The notes beneath the pieces are model-generated. The model was not told where the DNA came from. It made no database searches and saw nothing but the letters and a program-made list of their open reading frames with translations. The translations under genes were made by a program, and so were the position numbers. A DNA stretch of 63,874 nucleotides, filler included, from Octopus bimaculoides (taxonomy: Eukaryota), in NCBI RefSeq assembly GCF_001194135.2. It is 5 parts of 4 records of this genome, joined end to end, with 100 filler letters (N's around TTAATTAATTAA, not from the genome) between each part and the next. Parts side by side here need not be neighbours in the genome. Positions count along the whole stretch, not along the records: positions 1 to 12,916 come from NC_068986.1; 4 more parts are not named here. One strand, given 5' to 3'. Shown here in pieces: positions 1-11,467 of the stretch (the first letter of the stretch is position 1; the number at the start of each line of letters is the position of its first letter).

Positions 1-34
<34 letters not shown>

Positions 35-160
35 GGGCGTATCTATAAACATGCATAATTGAATACGTACATACACACATACACACATACATACATACAT
101 ACATACGTACATATACATACATACATACACAAGCATACACACACATACACACACGCGTTT

Positions 161-194
<34 letters not shown>

Positions 195-901
195 CCATAT
201 ATGCGTACTGCGTATGTGTTCGTGTGTAAACGTGTAGAAATATTTTTCTTTAAGAATTATGCACGCTCAGGCGCAACTCATGTGCACACATTCCGCATAT
301 ACAAACACGTGTGGGCACAAACATAAGTTTCTAAAGGGTTGTACATGTGTATGGAAATGAATAACAGACAGAAAGATAACAGGAAAAATTGAAGATGACA
401 GAGAAATATCCCCAGATATGGAATGGGTAAATAGGAGGGTACCTCGGATTCGAGACTAACGGCTAACGAGATCTTACGGAAGTGGGAAAACGTAAAGCTA
501 TGGTAGCATAAATATCTCAATCTTATGGAAACCCAATACTTGTCTCTGTGTGTAAACATCTTTTACAAATAGCGTGATTTTCTGAAAAAGCTATAACCGT
601 ATAAATTGAAAATCCTGCTGATATGCATGTATATATATATATTTCCAAGGTTTCAAATTTGTACATTTAAAAAGAGAAATTCAACACCGTAGATTTTTTC
701 CATTATTTAATATCCGATGTCAACATTTCTGTGCTTGACTATATCCAACCATCCATACGTTGAATATTTAACGTCTCGCACGTCATCAGGAATGGTTTTC
801 ATTAGAACAAATGACCAAAAAACAATTAATCGATCGAACAGAACAAATTATTAAAAATTATTAAACTATACCATTTTCGTTCACCATGCGGCTTTGTTTA
901 T

Positions 902-1413
902 CCTTTTTAGATGTACAGGGGAGGTGACTCCTTAATCTTTTCTATTGTTACCGCTCTCCTGTCAATGCTTACTACATTATTTTATTTTATTTATTTATTA
1001 TTGATTACTGATTATTAGATTATTTTTGTTGCCCCTGAGAAGATACCATTACTATTGGTTCATTTTACATTTATACTAGATATTATTATTGAGCTAAGAG
1101 AATTTTTTCCGGAAATCATTGCTCCTATGAATTTTTTCAAGCCCCATAATTGATATATTCAATAATATTTTAATATATTATCATTATCTGTTATAACTAT
1201 TATATTCTATGGATTTCTTACCTCAATAATAATATCTAGTATAAATGTAAAATGAACCAATAGTAATGGTAGCTTCCCAGGGGCAACAGAAATAATCTAA
1301 TAATCAATAATCAATAATAAATAAATAAAATAAATTAATGTAGTAAGCATTGACAGGAGAGCGGTAACAATAGAAAAGATTAAGGAGTCACCTCCCCTGT
1401 ACATCTAAAAAGG
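902..1413. repeat. Long inverted repeat (fold-back/MITE-like), ~200-bp arms, ~110-bp spacer
   Basis: 902-1102 (cctttttagatgtacaggggaggtgactcc...ttgagctaagagaat) is the reverse complement of 1213-1413 (atttcttacctcaat...ggagtcacctcccctgtacatctaaaaagg) with a few mismatches; the right arm runs into an N gap. Confidence 0.9.
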
Positions 1414-2819
1414 NNNNNNNNNNNNNNNNNNNNNNNNNNNNNNNNNNNNNNNNNNNNNNNNNNNNNNNNNNNNNNNNNNNNNNNNNNNNNNNNNNNNNNN
1501 NNNNNNNNNNNNNNNNNNNNNNNNNNNNNNNNNNNNNNNNNNNNNNNNNNNNNNNNNNNNNNNNNNNNNNNNNNNNNNNNNNNNNNNNNNNNNNNNNNNN
1601 NNNNNNNNNNNNNNNNNNNNNNNNNNNNNNNNNNNNNNNNNNNNNNNNNNNNNNNNNNNNNNNNNNNNNNNNNNNNNNNNNNNNNNNNNNNNNNNNNNNN
1701 NNNNNNNNNNNNNNNNNNNNNNNNNNNNNNNNNNNNNNNNNNNNNNNNNNNNNNNNNNNNNNNNNNNNNNNNNNNNNNNNNNNNNNNNNNNNNNNNNNNN
1801 NNNNNNNNNNNNNNNNNNNNNNNNNNNNNNNNNNNNNNNNNNNNNNNNNNNNNNNNNNNNNNNNNNNNNNNNNNNNNNNNNNNNNNNNNNNNNNNNNNNN
1901 NNNNNNNNNNNNNNNNNNNNNNNNNNNNNNNNNNNNNNNNNNNNNNNNNNNNNNNNNNNNNNNNNNNNNNNNNNNNNNNNNNNNNNNNNNNNNNNNNNNN
2001 NNNNNNNNNNNNNNNNNNNNNNNNNNNNNNNNNNNNNNNNNNNNNNNNNNNNNNNNNNNNNNNNNNNNNNNNNNNNNNNNNNNNNNNNNNNNNNNNNNNN
2101 NNNNNNNNNNNNNNNNNNNNNNNNNNNNNNNNNNNNNNNNNNNNNNNNNNNNNNNNNNNNNNNNNNNNNNNNNNNNNNNNNNNNNNNNNNNNNNNNNNNN
2201 NNNNNNNNNNNNNNNNNNNNNNNNNNNNNNNNNTATATATATATATATGTATATATGTATGTATGTATATATACGCATGATGCATCTATGTTTATCTTTT
2301 TTTCCCCCTATTTTTGTCAACAAGAAAAGCTTGAGCTCAGAGGTATCAACCGACTGCTGGGACTGGTCAAAGCTACAACACGTTTAACCTGTCTCTCTTC
2401 TCTATTTGCTGTCAATTGATGATGAAATTTCTGGTAACTGAACAGCTTCTCACTTCTGACGTTGACCTCGCAAAATTCTCGCAGCGACCAATATTCAAAA
2501 GGTCAAATCGTTGTTCCAAGACACGACAAAACTGATGATCATGTTGTCTTTAACCTTAGATGGTATTTCTTTCTTCTGTCGCCTTTCTTAATGTGTCCAT
2601 CTTATCAGACATAGAATTCTCGGGTCAAATAGAAACGTTGTACTGTTAAGACGTTGCAGTGTTTAGTTTTTTCGAGGGAAGTCACGCATGTACATACGTG
2701 CGTATGTGTGTATGCATGTATGTATGTATGTATGTATGTATGTCATTATTTAGTTTTTTTTTCAAGATTTCTTTCCAATAGAGAAAGGACCGGTTTCTAG
2801 CCTAGATCCAAGGCTTCTT

Positions 2820-2950
2820 CGGTAAAAAAAGAAGACCGATAGAATAAGTACTAGGCTTACGAAGAATAAGTCCTGGGATCGATTTGCTCGACTGAAGGTG
2901 GTTCTCCAGCATGGCCGCAGCCAAATGACTGAAACAAATAAAAGAATAAA
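2820..2950 (+). mobile_element. SINE family A, 3' part
   Basis: Matches the 3' body of the fuller copies at 8046-8440 and 59584-60005 (gatagaataagtactaggcttac...ctccagcatggccgcag.caaatgactgaaacaa). Confidence 0.85.
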
Positions 2951-3042
2951 TGATTAAAAGAATATACACACAGACATATATGCTTAAATACTGGTTGCTT
3001 GTCCCTGTCAGGACCTCAATAAAGCAAGCGCAGTTGTTTAGA

Positions 3043-3345
3043 TAGGCGCAGTTGTTGCTGAGTGGTAAGAAGCTTGCATCCCAACCACATGGTTCCAGGT
3101 TCATTCCCACTGCGTGGCACCTAGAACAGTTGTCTTCTGCTATAGCTTCAGGCCGACCAAAACCTCGTGAGTGGATTTTGATAGACGGAAACTGAAAGAA
3201 GCCTATCAGATATATGTGAAGCCCATCAGATATATCTAGGGATGTGTGTGTCTTTGTGTCCGTGTTTACCCCCCCCCCCCCATCCAACCGCTTGACATCC
3301 GGGGCTGGTGTTTACAACTCCGTAACTTAGTGGCTCCGCCTAAAA
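3043..3345 (+). mobile_element. SINE family A (tRNA-derived head plus CORE-like domain)
   Basis: Head ggcgcag...gtggtaagaagcttgc...ggttccaggttcattccc (A/B-box-like) followed by the family body; homologous to at least 8 other copies in the window. Confidence 0.85.
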
Positions 3346-3351
3346 AACTAC

Positions 3352-3391
<40 letters not shown>

Positions 3392-3399
3392 AATATATA

Positions 3400-3610
3400 T
3401 ATATTCTTTTAGTCTTTTATTTGTTTCAGTCATTTGACTACGGCCATGCTGGAGCACCGCCTTTAGTCGAGCAGATCGACCCCGGGACTTATTCTTTGTA
3501 AGCCTAGTACTTATTCAATCGGCCTCTTTTGCCGAACGGCTAGGTTACGGGGACGTAAACACACCAACATCAGTGGTCATGCGATGGTGGTGGTGGGGGG
3601 ACAAACACAG
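3400..3610 (-). mobile_element. SINE family A, 3' part, minus strand
   Basis: tttgtttcagtcatttgactacggccatgctggagcaccgcc...gggacgtaaacacaccaacatc is the reverse complement of the family A tail. Confidence 0.85.
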
Positions 3611-3644
3611 ACACACAAGCATACACACACACACACACACATAA

Positions 3645-3682
<38 letters not shown>

Positions 3683-3894
3683 ACACACAGTGTAGACTTC
3701 AATTCGCCCTGTGATGCTGGTTGAGTGTTTAATATTACATAATGTGATAGGAGGCGTTTATTACTTTACGATGTATTTATTATTTATTGTTCTCTGTTGG
3801 GTTAACAAATATATTGTCTGTGACGTGTGTGTATAGATGTGTGCGTATAAACACACACACAGCATATATATATATATATATATAACACTATTCA

Positions 3895-4062
3895 ATTTTT
3901 TTTCTCCGTGTTTTTCTCCTTGTCTCCGTATTCTTTCTGTTGAAGAGCGTAGCTCGAAACGTCAAAGACTTTCCGTATTCTCGAGCGTCATACTAATATA
4001 TACTTTTGTTATTTACACCACCTGTCCTCGTCTGTTGTTATTTTTTGTATATTCTCCCATAT
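3895..4062 (+). mobile_element. Short Penelope-type terminal fragment with a hammerhead-like motif (second family)
   Basis: Contains TCTTT-CTGTTGA-A-GAGC-GTA-GCTC-GAAAC-GTC-AAAGA at 3932-3968, the minimal PLE hammerhead layout. No ORF. Confidence 0.45.
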
Positions 4063-4541
4063 ATATATATATNNNNNNNNNNNNNNNNNNNNNNNNNNNN
4101 NNNNNNNNNNNNNNNNNNNNNNNNNNNNNNNNNNNNNNNNNNNNNNNNNNNNNNNNNNNNNNNNNNNNNNNNNNNNNNNNNNNNNNNNNNNNNNNNNNNN
4201 NNNNNNNNNNNNNNNNNNNNNNNNNNNNNNNNNNNNNNNNNNNNNNNNNNNNNNNNNNNNNNNNNNNNNNNNNNNNNNNNNNNNNNNNNNNNNNNNNNNN
4301 NNNNNNNNNNNNNNNNNNNNNNNNNNNNNNNNNNNNNNNNNNNNNNNNNNNNNNNNNNNNNNNNNNNNNNNNNNNNNNNNNNNNNNNNNNNNNNNNNNNN
4401 NNNNNNNNNNNNNNNNNNNNNNNNNNNNNNNNNNNNNNNNNNNNNNNNNNNNNNNNNNNNNNNNNNNNNNNNNNNNNNNNNNNNNNNNNNNNNNNNNNNN
4501 NNNNNNNNNNNNNNNNNNNNNNNNNNNNNNNNNNNNNNNNN

Positions 4542-4573
<32 letters not shown>

Positions 4574-6526
4574 CATATATATTGTACACATACATACATA
4601 TACATGTATATATATATATGCTTATGTATGAATGTGTATACTCACTCATACGCACGCAGATACACGCATATACACACACACATGCATATAGTTTATGCGT
4701 GTATGAACTCTTGTATTTGTAGATTTTTCTAACAGCGCATGCGTGTGTGCGTATATGCATGACAATGTTTTTTCCCGGCTTGCGTATGCATCTGTATATA
4801 TATATTTGTGTATGTGTATCTATCTGGGTTTGTGTGCATTCATCTTTATGTATGTTTATTGTTTTTATTGCTCTTGTTGTTGTTGTTATTAAACCTTAAG
4901 GCTACTGAACAAACCTAGGATCAAAAGCGTACCAGTCGTGACCTTCCCCTCTAATTTTCTTAAGGAGTCCTATTTATGTGGCTTATATTATCCAATATGT
5001 CCTTTTCTTAATTTAAGACGGCAGAATGTGGTTGGAGTAGGATCTGGCTGCTATATTTAGCATGTAAAACAAGGATGTAGATATTAAGTTATTATATCAT
5101 GTGTGTGTGTGTGTGTGTGTGTGTTTGTGTGTGTGTGTGCTCGTGATTGCGTTTGTACTTGTATGTTTGTAGGTAAATGTCTACGTGTAAATGTCTACGT
5201 GTAAATGTCCTTTTTCATTTATGTGTGTCAGTATTCATGTGTATACTCACCTGTTTCTAGTTATACACTTGTGCCCGTGTGTGTGTGCCCATGTGTGTGT
5301 GCCCGTGTGTGTGTGCCCGTGTGTGTGTGCCCGTATGTGTGTGTGTGTGAGTGTGTGCGTGCGTGAGAGCGTGTGTAAGCTGAGTGTGTATGTGTGCATT
5401 TGTGTGTATGTGTGTTTGTGTTTCGCTTCACTCAGAATTGACCGAGCCTCTGTGTGTGTGTGTTTATGGGGTATGTAGGTCAGAAGGCATCCTTGCTTCT
5501 CATTCTCATATTTATATACACATACAATGGCGAAGCTAGAGAGAGTGCCGCACTTGGCAGTCCTCGTCGCCGTTGTCGTCGTTTTATCGTGTGTCCGATA
5601 ATTTATTTGGCTTCTTCTTGACCGCTTCTTCCTTTCTGTCCGTGTTAATGCCTCTGATAACTAATGAGGCCGATTCTTGCATGGAAGCGTCTATTGCAGA
5701 GTCCACAAGGGATCTGTGGTGTAGGATTTGGTTGTTGCAGCCTGCATTTTCTTTCTTGTCATTTACTTTCGTCTTTCCTCTGTCGTTTGCCATCCTACCC
5801 CGAATAGATGCGAAATATTGTACCATGATTCGTCTTGATAAGGTTGCCCCCATCTAAAAGCGTCACCCAGGTCAGAATCCCTTCGTCCCCTGTCAGCTGC
5901 GCTACTGTACATATACAGGTGAAGTGTTGTTTATGCATTATAGAAACACAGTCTTGAACATACTCAATACATGAAGTAGAATCATATTTACTTGGAACCA
6001 GTGCATTCGTTCGGTTAGTTTCGGTTGAAACAAACTCTGGGGGAAGTTGTATCGAAAGAACAGCACTTAGGCCGATTTTCTTTTGGTGGCGTTAATATTG
6101 TTATTAGTGTTGGCCTGAATTGCGGCGCTGCAAGGAAAAGCTCTCAGGCTTGTTACGGAGCTTGGTTCGATCATATGCGGCCAAATGAAATTATCTCCAG
6201 TAACAGCAAGTACATTATATTTCTAATCTACTGTTCAGCGGTATTGCTGCATGTTCTACGAATTGGGATATCTCAGTCAAGCATAACCTGGAGTTCCATG
6301 CTTCAATGTTATATTGACTGGATTTGTGCATGATGTCCCGTGTACTTTGAAGACTTCAAAACCACGATCACTGACTTCGCAAAGAGACTCGACGACTCTG
6401 AGAGTTCTCTTTGTCCTCTCGATTTGTGTGTAGATGCTTGTAGTAGCCACTCTTAAAAGTGTTGGCAGTGAGTCCTGTGTAACACAGTATAACTTTCCTC
6501 AGTACGGTCAGAGAGTGTTATAGTTG

Positions 6527-6602
<76 letters not shown>

Positions 6603-7260
6603 CCACCCCCGCACACAAAGCAGATTGAGAATTTTCTGCATCGAAAGGTTGGTTATTGTGATAAGAACTGTCGAGTATATTTTAGGTTGTGGTGTGAGAT
6701 CCGGTAGGTAATCAATGTAAGGATAGAATATTACTATTATTGTTGATGTGTCTGTGGCATTTATGTGTGTGTTTATATGTATGTGGTTGTCTATGTGGAC
6801 CGAGACGTTGGTGTTGTTACATGTGTAGCCATGACTTGTCTATATTCATTTGTTTCTACGTCAATGTGGTAACAAGACTGCTTACCACCCGTCCTGTCCC
6901 CAGCAGCAAAAATATATTCAAGCAAGAAAACGCTTCATTAACTGGTTCTTTGTATACAGACATATATACATCCATGCATACAACCCCCATATATATATAN
7001 NNNNNNNNNNNNNNNNNNNNNNNNNNNNNNNNNNNNNNNNNNNNNNNNNNNNNNNNNNNNNNNNNNNNNNNNNNNNNNNNNNNNNNNNNNNNNNNNNNNN
7101 NNNNNNNNNNNNNNNNNNNNNNNNNNNNNNNNNNNNNNNNNNNNNNNNNNNNNNNNNNNNNNNNNNNNNNNNNNNNNNNNNNNNNNNNNNNNNNNNNNNN
7201 NNNNNNNNNNNNNNNNNNNNNNNNNNNNNNNNNNNNNNNNNNNNNNNNNNNNNNNNNNNN

Positions 7261-7301
<41 letters not shown>

Positions 7302-7379
7302 TTTGTGAGTACAGTTGGCTGAGGAAACTGTGTGGAAGCCCGTCATGCATAGTGTGTATGTGAGCGTGTGTGTGTATGT

Positions 7380-7562
7380 TAGTTCTTCTCCTCTTTGACA
7401 GTCAGTGCTGGTTTGTTTGCGGTCCCATAACTTAGCGGTCCGACAAGAGGGATCCTCAGAATATGTATCAAACTACAAAAATAAGTACTGGGATCAATTT
7501 GTTCGACTAAAACACTTCAAGACAGTGCCCCAGCATGGTCGCAGTTTAATGACTGAAACAGC
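7380..7562 (+). mobile_element. SINE family A, diverged 3' part
   Basis: cataacttagcggtccgac...taagtactgggatcaatttgttcgact...ccagcatggtcgcagtttaatgactgaaaca. Confidence 0.75.
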
Positions 7563-7877
7563 CAGACGATAAGTGACACAATCATACATACATACATATA
7601 AACATACATCAACCAATGCCTTAGTAACCTGACTTCATCCGGGTCACTGTTTAATACAGGAAATGGTTCCATTGTAACTGCTGCGTATACAATCACAGGT
7701 ATATATTCCAAGGTGACAGCCTCTTTGTGACGATATTTATACTTTCGGTAAATCTCCTATGTCTTTCCTCGAAGAAATTTGATTGGTACGTGATTTGGCC
7801 CACAGGTAACCAGAAGCACTAACCTAACGATTGCTTCTCTGTGGATGGTCTGAAAATATATAACCAAAAATATGAAC

Positions 7878-8035
7878 AAGGCGCATGTATAGTTGTAAGA
7901 AATTTGCCTCTCAACCAAATGGTTCCGGGTTCAGTCCCACTGCATGGCACCTTGGATAAGTGTCTTTTACTAGAGCCTCGAGCCTACCGAAGCCTTGTGA
8001 GTGGATATTTGGTAGACGGAAACTGTAAGAGACCT
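7878..8035 (+). mobile_element. SINE family A, head plus CORE-like domain (3'-truncated)
   Basis: ggttccgggttcagtcccactgcatggcaccttggataagtgtctt...; lies directly upstream of a second copy. Confidence 0.85.
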
Positions 8036-8045
8036 GTCTTATATC

Positions 8046-8440
8046 GTGTGGTAAGAAGCTTGCTTCCCAACCACATGGTTCCGGGTTCAGTACCACTGCG
8101 TGGTACCTTGGGCAAGTGTCTTCTATTGTAACCTCGAGCCGACCAAAGCCTTGTGAGTAGATTTGGTAGATGGAAACTGAAAGAAGCCCGTCGTATATAT
8201 ATATATATATATATGTACGCATATGCTTGTGTGTCTCTGTTTGTCCACCCACCATCGCTTGACAACCGATGTTAGTGTGTTTACGCCCCCGTAACTTAGT
8301 GGTTCGGCAAAAGAAATCGATATAAGTGCCAGGCTTTACAAAAGAATGATAAGTTCCAGAGTCAATCCGTTCGACTAAAACTCCCGAGGGCGCTGCTCCA
8401 GCATGACTGCAATCTAATGACTGAAACAAGTATAAAATAA
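8046..8440 (+). mobile_element. SINE family A, near full length
   Basis: tRNA-like head (gtggtaagaagcttgcttcccaaccacatggttccgggttcagtacc), CORE-like accttgggcaagtgtctt, internal (TA)n, tail atgactgaaacaagtataaaataaaga. Resembles octopus OR-type CORE-SINEs (from memory). Confidence 0.9.
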
Positions 8441-8640
8441 AGAGTCTCTGATTACGGAATTCCCAGTGGCATTTAGACGGGCTTTGACCAAAATCTATAT
8501 TTCTAGATCTTATAGTTTTCTTAAAAAGGACAACTTTAGCATCGTACCACGGACATGTGGCGTAGTGGTTAAGAGCGCGGGCTACTAACACCAAGATTCC
8601 GAGTTCGATTCCAGGCAGTGACCTGAATAATAATAATAAT

Positions 8641-8790
8641 AACCTATTTGAAAATGATACCAGGCTTACCATCCCTACAGGAAGTGCAAAAAATCGTGTT
8701 AACTGGAACGACTTATGTACTGAGAAGAGCATTATCGCTGTGAAAACAACATCTATTCATGAATTTATTTATTAATTTTTGACATACATA
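8641..8790 (+). mobile_element. R4/Dong-like non-LTR retrotransposon, extreme 3' fragment
   Basis: Translates TYLKMIPGLPSLQEVQKIVLTGTTYVLRRALSL*, the typical C-terminus after the RLE domain; starts in a (TAA)n tract. Confidence 0.7.
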
Positions 8791-8934
8791 TTTTATCTGT
8801 GAATTTGCGTGTGTAAACTGGGAATGCATACAATGAACTTCTCTGCCCTTGGTGTACGGAAAACACTCGGCGAGACATGGAAGAAAATTTGAAGAAGAAA
8901 AAAAACATAATAATAATAATAATAATAATAATAA

Positions 8935-9231
8935 TTTGAAGACTAAAACAATACTTGTTGTCATAGGTGCCTTAGGAATGATAGCAAAAGGGGTTGATTA
9001 CTACCTAGCTCAGATACCAGGAAACCGCAAAATGGCAGAAATTCAAAAGATAGTGCTCATGGGAATTGTCCACATCCTACGTAAAATGCTGTCTATGTAA
9101 TCTCAAATTTTAAAATAAACACATAATTTTTTTATGGTTTCTTAAACATTCTCTAGAACAACACTATTACAAAACCAAATATATAGCACCCTAGGCATAA
9201 CACCAACAGCAAAAGCAAAAGTCAAACATAA

Positions 9232-9300
<69 letters not shown>
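8935..9300 (+). mobile_element. R4/Dong-like non-LTR retrotransposon 3' end with (TAA)n tail
   Basis: LKTKTILVVIGALGMIAKGVDYYLAQIPGNRKMAEIQKIVLMGIVHILRKMLSM* (RLE-domain C-terminus, PxVIGALG-type motif), 3' UTR, long (TAA)n. Confidence 0.8.
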
Positions 9301-9303
<3 letters not shown>

Positions 9304-9352
9304 CATCGAAAAATACCTTAGAAATGAGAACCCAGGTTCGAAATTTCCCCAA

Positions 9353-9398
9353 GATACTTGATGAAGGTTGGAGGGTGTATCAGCCGAAACGTTGTGTT
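9353..9398 (+). ncRNA. Minimal type I hammerhead ribozyme motif, core variant (TTGATGA)
   Basis: GATAC-TTGATGA-A-GGTTG-gagggtgtat-CAGCC-GAAAC-GTT-GTGTT; C3 of the CUGAUGA core is mutated. Confidence 0.55.
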
Positions 9399-9599
9399 AA
9401 CAACAAACAAGATGAGGACAAATATTCGTCAAATGTAAATAATGTAAATAATGTACATAATTTCTCATCTCTTAAATATAGAACTGTATGTCTATGTTCC
9501 TCTGATATCTGGCGAAGAATGCTATAAGTAGTTAGCATTGGTTGGAAATCCGTCCTACGATCACATTTGTATCAAAGCACGAATAATCACTGAATGTAA

Positions 9600-10710
9600 T
9601 ACCTGGATAAAAAATACTGTATCGTCCTGGGAAGTCGGTTCCTACAACAGATCAATGTCATTTAGTACTCGTGCCTACGTATAGGCTATTCGATTGAACG
9701 CTAGAGGAAGTCCAAGCCATTTACGTTAGAACCTGAAATCAAGTAACCAACATCATGAATTTCCACATTAACAATGTTATAGATCACCTTTATCTGAATA
9801 AAAAACAAACAAGAAGACACAAGCATAATATCGATTCAATGAGTCTTCGAATGTCTCATCATATCCCGATGCTAACGACCAACCGTTGGAGTCCAGCTAT
9901 GGATCAGACCAGCGTAAATGAAGCGGATAACATGTGAGTCGGGAAGGGATTCATCAGAAGGTATTTAATACCTGAGATCTAAAATACATACGCAGCCAGG
10001 AAAGTTGCACACTTCTCATGTAATGCAACATCAGATGAAAATCTGTATGCATATAAGTTGAAAATATGCGTGGCTGTATTGCCGGAAAATTTCAACATGG
10101 CTAAGCAAATTAGTCGATCCTGGACAAGAAATTGGGATATTACAGCTCATCTTGAAGGTTTTGTCTTATCAAATCAGTAACGAAAAATAACGACGAAATA
10201 TCTGATGTATCGTAAAAAAGAGATGCTGGTAAAACAGTTAGAACAACCGATGTTGCGCAGATCATATGTAGCCGTCTGAAAATGTCACTACAGTATTCTC
10301 TATGTATGAGATATGATGTCGTAGCCAATAGATTGGCAATCTGTGGGAAGTATTATGAATCTAAGAAGTTACAATGCTATGTAAGTCATAATAGTATGAA
10401 AGAAGTCTGGGGAATTGCTGTCAACACGCCATTAAAATGCAAGCATAACAGAGCAAATATAATGATCTGCGACAGGGCGAAGAAATTGTGCACAGCTGTG
10501 GAAATCAGTTGCTCGGCAAAAGTTCATGTATTGTTAAAGATTAGTGAAAAAGAAAAACTCTACACCGACCTAATGAGAAAGCTGTCGTTACTTCAGACAA
10601 ATTTAAAACCATAATTATTGCAGCGCTTGAAGTTAATTAACAGATTCAGCGCCATTCTTGAGAAGCTGGGTTTCACAAATCAAGAAAGAAAACGGTTAAT
10701 TAGAAAATAC
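9600..10710 (+). mobile_element. Degraded RLE-type (R4/NeSL-like) non-LTR retrotransposon, C-terminal part
   Basis: Eroded zinc-knuckle region (...QIICSRLKMSLQYSLCMRYDVVA, cf. HIxxxC...RHDxVA) and RLE motif (KHNRANIMICDRAKKLCTAVEISCSA...KISEKEKLY, cf. RPD...VEVS.P...K...Y); many stops and frameshifts. Confidence 0.7.
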
Positions 10711-10725
10711 GACTACATGCATGCC

Positions 10726-10773
<48 letters not shown>

Positions 10774-11133
10774 CGCAGATGTGTGGTGTAGATTACAAAT
10801 GTACGTTTGTGCATGTACACATGTGTGAAGACATGCAAGACGTTTGTGTATACACACATAAATAAAAACAAATAGATCCACACACGTAATTGCGTAGATG
10901 CTACCATGCTTGCATACGTGTGTATATGCATATGTAGGTAAGTGCATACATGCATACCTACCTACCTACCTACCTACATGCATACATACATACATACATA
11001 CATACATACGTATGTATACTTACATTTGTATAAATTCTAATGAAAGAACCTTGTTTCTGTGTTGGAGACCGGCTCTTTACTCGATTAGTAAGAAATCTGA
11101 GAAATATAACCAGAACACATACATAAATAATTA

Positions 11134-11191
<58 letters not shown>

Positions 11192-11399
11192 TACATACAT
11201 ACACACACAAACGTCCATACGTGCGCACACGCGTATATACATACATATAGGCACATACACACATACACATTCATTACCTTAGCAAAGGCATCAAATGACT
11301 GAGGTGAAAGGTTACGAAAGGGAAGTCAAATATTAGAAATATTAAACGTCGATAATGGTGAGGTGTTGTTTTACTTTCCTTCTTTACATAAGTCAGTGG

Positions 11400-11467
11400 G
11401 TCACGTGAAATATGATCTACGCCTCTAGATGGCGCTGTCGAAGCGAAAGGTCACAACATATTGACCT
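11400..11467. promoter_or_regulatory. Candidate cis-regulatory cluster: E-box, CTCF motif and nuclear-receptor IR8
   Basis: GTCACGTGA 11400-11408; CCTCTAGATGGCGCTG 11422-11437; AGGTCA-N8-TGACCT 11448-11467. Motif matches only. Confidence 0.4.

Larger units (their letters stand above)
8547..9485 (+). mobile_element. Short copy of the PLE 3' module (tRNA-like head, (TAA)n, hammerhead pseudo-LTR), split by R4/Dong-like insertions
   Basis: A box TGGCGTAGTGG 8558-8568 and B box GAGTTCGATTCC 8601-8612, then (TAA)n. The module resumes at 9301 (aacatcgaaaaataccttag...) and matches the minus-strand 3' end of the PLE at 33545-33755. Confidence 0.85.

Noticed and set aside
765-795. Minus-strand CTGATGA...GAGACGTT resembling another hammerhead
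   Set aside because: No stem II and GAAA is replaced by GAGA; no convincing stem I.
1380-2323. Long ORFs in the track spanning N runs (also 3837-4760, 6740-7363, 21450-22006, 28922-29508, 46350-47017, 60305-60901, 61741-62790)
   Set aside because: They are open only because N codons contain no stop; the flanks are (TA)n/(CA)n translations.
8547-8625. Possible true tRNA gene (also 33680-33755 and 46013-46092)
   Set aside because: Good A and B boxes but the acceptor stem does not pair properly, there is no oligo-T terminator, and copies are embedded in a repeat; treated as a tRNA-derived head.
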